Shown one piece after another: positions 60,406 through 64,000 of a stretch of DNA of 64,000 nt. The translations under genes and the position numbers were made by a program. The DNA is from an uncultured candidate division Zixibacteria bacterium (lineage in GTDB: Bacteria > Zixibacteria > MSB-5A5 > GN15 > FEB-12). The DNA is taken from assembly GCA_963664195.1 (NCBI GenBank), contig OY760907.1, forward strand, positions 2,080,001 to 2,144,000. Direction: 5' to 3'. Position 1 is the first letter of the stretch; each line of letters opens with the position of its first letter. The notes beneath the pieces were generated by a model. It ran no database searches. It was not told the DNA's origin and was given only the letters and a program-made list of their open reading frames with translations.

Positions 60406-61125
60406 CTACTCCAGATACTCCAGGGTCAATCCCGATTCATCCAATCGTGCATAACTGAAGTGTGTGATGAAATCTCCCGTGTTGACGTACATGCCCTTGT
60501 TGAATTTCTTCAATACCGGAATGTGAAGATGCCCGATGGCGACCACATCGTATCCGTCGTTGACTCTTGCCCGTGCGTAGTCCTCGTAGTCGGCAGCGAA
60601 GCCGTAGTCCCTCTTTGATGTATGGTCCCGTGAGGTACCGGACACCTTTTTTGCAAACGGTATTGCCCAGTCCGGCGGCAGTTTGCGGTATAGCCAGATA
60701 TAGAACGGATTTCGCAGCACTTTCTTGAGCACGCGGTATCCACGGTCGGCGGCGGCCAGACCGTCGCCGTGAATCAGATGTAGTCTACGTCCGGCGTATT
60801 CGCAGTCGAGGCTGTCGCGATGCACCCGCAGACCGATCTGTTTCTCGAAGTAATCCCCCATCCAGAAGTCATGATTGCCGCTGATATAGTCGATTTCAAT
60901 ACCGGCCTTGATCAGGTCGCGCAGCATAAAGAGGATTTCGTGGTGATCCTTCGGGACGGCGTGTTTGTACTCGAACCAGAAATCAAACAGGTCTCCGAGG
61001 ATTACCAGACGGTCGCCATCGTTTCTGACCCTCTCAAACAGCTCACCGATACGCTTGACCTTGAGTTTCTCAAGATCGCCCGGACCGGAACCGAGATGAG
61101 CATCGGAAAAAATGTATAAAGCCAT
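60406..61125 (-). CDS. lpxH: UDP-2,3-diacylglucosamine diphosphatase-like metallophosphoesterase
   Basis: SDAHLG, LGDLFDFW.EY, GNHD.W, HGD, GHLH, NTGDF. Confidence 0.82.
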   Translation of the reverse strand: MALYIFSDAHLGSGPGDLEKLKVKRIGELFERVRNDGDRLVILGDLFDFWFEYKHAVPKDHHEILFMLRDLIKAGIEIDYISGNHDFWMGDYFEKQIGLRVHRDSLDCEYAGRRLHLIHGDGLAAADRGYRVLKKVLRNPFYIWLYRKLPPDWAIPFAKKVSGTSRDHTSKRDYGFAADYEDYARARVNDGYDVVAIGHLHIPVLKKFNKGMYVNTGDFITHFSYARLDESGLTLEYLE

Positions 61126-61148
61126 TCCTGACTCGGGAGACTTGCTCT

Positions 61149-61178
61149 GGCAGGTGCTCCATGATCAGAGCACCTGCC
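61149..61178. repeat. REP-like palindrome between purL and lpxH
   Basis: GGCAGGTGCTC-CATGATCA-GAGCACCTGCC, no U-tract. Confidence 0.55.
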
Positions 61179-61232
61179 GGCGTTGGATTTATCTGAGGCC
61201 TATCGCCGACTGCGACAACCCTCTACGATTTT

Positions 61233-63473
61233 CTAGCCCACCTCTTCCATCTTACGAGGGAGCGTCGCGCAATAGGCAGTCGAGAGATCAGACAGTGCGC
61301 TGTCAATCAGGTCGTTAATCTTCAGGTGGTCACCGCCCACCGCGCCGATTTGTTCAACCGGAATGCCTCCGCTTTCAAAGTGCTGTTTGAGTCTGTCGGC
61401 ATCGGCCGGGGCACAACTTACCAAAATGCGAGACTGCGACTCTCCAAACAACAGGCAGTCAGGCCGTATATCCGTTCTGAGAGTTACCGCAGCCCCAATC
61501 TGATTCTCCGCATTGCTGATGCAGCCCTCGGTCAGAGCCACGGCAAGTCCGCCATCGCTGAGGTCGTGAGCCGACTTGACGCAGCCAGTCTTGATGGCAT
61601 CGAGTACGGAATCCTGCAGTTTCTTCTCAAACGTCAAATCGAGTGCGGGTACGGGTCCACGAGTTTGGTTTTGCACAGTGTGGAGATACTCGGAGGCGCC
61701 AAGTTCTTCTTTCGTTTCGCCGAGTAGCAGGATGACGTCGCCGCTGTCCTTGAACCATTGTGTTGTGATGTGGTCGGTGTGTTCGACCAGGCCGACCATG
61801 CCGATTGTCGGAGTCGGGAACACGGCCCGGCTGGGGTCTTCATTGTAGAACGAGACATTGCCGCCCGTCACCGGCGTGTTGAACACATTGCAGGCTTCGC
61901 CCATTCCGGCAACCGCCTCCGCGAAGCAGTAATAAATCTCCGGTTTATACGGGTTGCCGAAATTGAGACAGTTGGTGATTGCCAGCGGTCTGCCGCCTGA
62001 GCAGACGACGTTGCGGGCGGATTCGGCCACAGCGCTTTGCGCTCCAAGTCTCGGATTGAGGTAGCAGAAGCGACCGTTGCAATCAGTGGCCATTGCCAGT
62101 GCGCGGTCGGTCTTGCGAATCCTGAGCACTGCCGCATCGGACCCCGGACCGACCGCTGTGTTGGTGCGTACCATCGAGTCGTACTGATCGAATACCCAGC
62201 CCTTGTAGCAGAGGTTCGGTGAGCCGATCATCGTGACCAGCGTTTCATTCCAGTCGCGCTCGGTAGAATAGTCGTCCAGGTTGATTTTGTTTAGTTCATC
62301 GAGGTTGGCCGGACGTTTCGTCTCTCGGTGGTATACAGGGGCGCCTCCTCCGAGCACGAGATCATTAGAGGGAATCTGCGACATGACCTCGCCGTTGAGG
62401 CGTACCGTCATCATCTTGTCGGAGGTAACCTCACCGATGATAGTCGAATCCAGACCCCACTTGTCGAACACCTTTGTCACCTTGCTCTCATTGCCCTTCT
62501 TGACACAGACAAGCATACGTTCCTGTGATTCGGAAAGGAGGATCTCATACGGTGTCATGCCGCTCTCGCGAACGGGCACCTTGTCGATATCTATCAGCAT
62601 CCCCGATTCACCCTTGGCCGACATCTCGGCCGAGGAGCAGGTGAGGCCCGCCGCACCCATGTCCTGGATGCCTACGATTAAATCCTGGCGAATGATCTCG
62701 AGCGTTGCCTCAAGCAGCAGCTTCTCAGTAAACGGGTCGCCGATTTGCACCGACGGGCGCTTCTCCTGCGAGGCTGCCGTCAGTTCTTCCGAGGCAAAGG
62801 TGGCGCCGTGGATGCCGTCGCGGCCGGTTTTCGACCCAACGATCATGATCGGGTTGCCTTCGCCCTCGGCTATTGCCGACGCGATACCGTCATCGGCCAC
62901 TATGCCCACCGCCATGGCATTGATTAACGGATTGATCGTATAGGAGTCGTCGAATATGACTTCACCGGCCACGGTTGGCACGCCAAAGGAATTGCCATAG
63001 TCGCCGATTCCGCGCACGACACCGTCGACCAGATACCGTACCCGTGGATTGTCCGGTGAACCGAAATGCAGAGAATTGAGCGATGCAATCGGCCTCGCGC
63101 CCATGGTGAAGATGTCACGGAGGATGCCTCCGACGCCTGTCGCCGCGCCCTGATAGGGTTCAATGGCCGACGGGTGGTTGTGGGACTCGATTTTGAACAC
63201 AACAGCTAGTCCGTCGCCGATATCGACAGCACCCGCGTTTTCCTCGCCGGCTTTGGCAAGCAACGCCTCACCGTCGCGCGGCAAGGTCTTGAGCAGGGCA
63301 ATGGAGTTCTTATAGCTGCAATGCTCCGACCACATTACTGAGAAAACGCCGAGTTCGGTGAAACTGGGATCACGGCCAAGGATTTCCTTGATCCGTGCGT
63401 ACTCATCTTCCGTAAGCCCGTGATGTTTGACCATCTTCGGCGTGACTTCGGGCTGAATGTACTTGTCTGCCAT
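61233..63473 (-). CDS. purL: Phosphoribosylformylglycinamidine synthase subunit PurL (small form)
   Basis: [69 protein letters not shown] 63473. Confidence 0.96.
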   Translation of the reverse strand: MADKYIQPEVTPKMVKHHGLTEDEYARIKEILGRDPSFTELGVFSVMWSEHCSYKNSIALLKTLPRDGEALLAKAGEENAGAVDIGDGLAVVFKIESHNHPSAIEPYQGAATGVGGILRDIFTMGARPIASLNSLHFGSPDNPRVRYLVDGVVRGIGDYGNSFGVPTVAGEVIFDDSYTINPLINAMAVGIVADDGIASAIAEGEGNPIMIVGSKTGRDGIHGATFASEELTAASQEKRPSVQIGDPFTEKLLLEATLEIIRQDLIVGIQDMGAAGLTCSSAEMSAKGESGMLIDIDKVPVRESGMTPYEILLSESQERMLVCVKKGNESKVTKVFDKWGLDSTIIGEVTSDKMMTVRLNGEVMSQIPSNDLVLGGGAPVYHRETKRPANLDELNKINLDDYSTERDWNETLVTMIGSPNLCYKGWVFDQYDSMVRTNTAVGPGSDAAVLRIRKTDRALAMATDCNGRFCYLNPRLGAQSAVAESARNVVCSGGRPLAITNCLNFGNPYKPEIYYCFAEAVAGMGEACNVFNTPVTGGNVSFYNEDPSRAVFPTPTIGMVGLVEHTDHITTQWFKDSGDVILLLGETKEELGASEYLHTVQNQTRGPVPALDLTFEKKLQDSVLDAIKTGCVKSAHDLSDGGLAVALTEGCISNAENQIGAAVTLRTDIRPDCLLFGESQSRILVSCAPADADRLKQHFESGGIPVEQIGAVGGDHLKINDLIDSALSDLSTAYCATLPRKMEEVG

Positions 63474-63599
63474 GACATTCCTTTTCTGTTTGGCAGGTGC
63501 GGCCTGCAAAGAAAAGAATATAGATCGCCCGGGCATTCAGGTCAAGCAGGCATTCGGTTTGTCCGATTGGAGAGGGGAGGGCCTCTCTGTAGATAGGAC

Positions 63600-63652
63600 A
63601 AAAAAAGAGGCCACCCGCGACATGCGAAAAGGTTTTGCAGGTCGGGGTGGCC
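63600..63652 (-). terminator. Intrinsic terminator after the dockerin gene
   Basis: GGCCACCC..GAC/GTC..GGGTGGCC stem around TGCGAAAA-GG-TTTTGCA; plus-strand A-run gives a minus-strand U-tract. Confidence 0.7.
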
Positions 63653-63696
63653 GTCTATGCCTAGAACTATTTCAGTCTAGCAATATGCCGTCGGAC

Positions 63697-64000
63697 TTAT
63701 TCCGGACACGGCGGGAGCGGATTGAGGCTGATGAACAGGTGGTCGATAAGGACCGTAAGGTCACCCATCGTCACAAACCCGTCAGTAGACAGATCCACGT
63801 TACCTTCAGCAACACAATCCAGCGGAGCGAGGCTGATAAACAGGTGGTCGATAAGGACCGTAAGGTCACCCATCGTCACGAAGTTGTCAGCGGAACCGTC
63901 GACGTTACCCACAGACGGGCCTGTACAGCAGGTGCTGCCGCCGCCGAAGCCGCGAACGTACTCCCAATACCAATCTCTGGCATCTGCAACGTTGGCCTTC
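63697..64000 (-). CDS. 3' end of a protein with a C-terminal dockerin-like domain (truncated by window end)
   Basis: Open from 63999: ...GGGSTCCTGPSVGNVDGSADNFVTMGDLTVLIDHLFISLAPLDCVAEGNVDLSTDGFVTMGDLTVLIDHLFISLNPLPPCPE, a duplicated Ca-loop plus helix. Confidence 0.85.
   Translation of the reverse strand, partial: KANVADARDWYWEYVRGFGGGSTCCTGPSVGNVDGSADNFVTMGDLTVLIDHLFISLAPLDCVAEGNVDLSTDGFVTMGDLTVLIDHLFISLNPLPPCPE

Overview
A 64-kb chromosomal segment of a GC-rich, diderm (lpxH, outer-membrane beta-barrel), probably anaerobic bacterium. CC-GNVD-type dockerin repeats, cohesin-like modules and 'QNYPNPFNP...KKMxLLK' C-terminal tails suggest candidate phylum Zixibacteria or a related FCB lineage (inference). 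In order, the window holds: a B12 acyl-CoA mutase / acyl-CoA dehydrogenase / biotin carboxylase / epimerase operon whose mutase has isobutyryl-CoA-mutase-type residues; a BlaI-family cluster; a DUF3524 (GTDC1/QTMAN-like) glycosyltransferase coupled to an EamA transporter; a candidate small RNA; a PilR-like activator with two sigma54-driven type IV pilins; secreted repeat proteins; HypD (4-hydroxyproline dehydratase) with its activase; tRNA-Arg(ACG); a scaffoldin-like surface protein; and housekeeping genes (htpX, rlmD, lpxH, purL). The two most unusual proteins are (i) a tandem-HTH fusion to a LeuC/homoaconitase-type large subunit that has lost its Fe-S and catalytic motifs, a candidate aconitase-fold pseudoenzyme transcription factor coupled to a HIT gene, and (ii) a glutamate/aspartate-type symporter with a ~435-aa disordered Arg/Asp/Glu-rich tail. 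No CRISPR array, rRNA, integrase or transposase was seen. Family calls come from motif recognition by eye, not from database searches.
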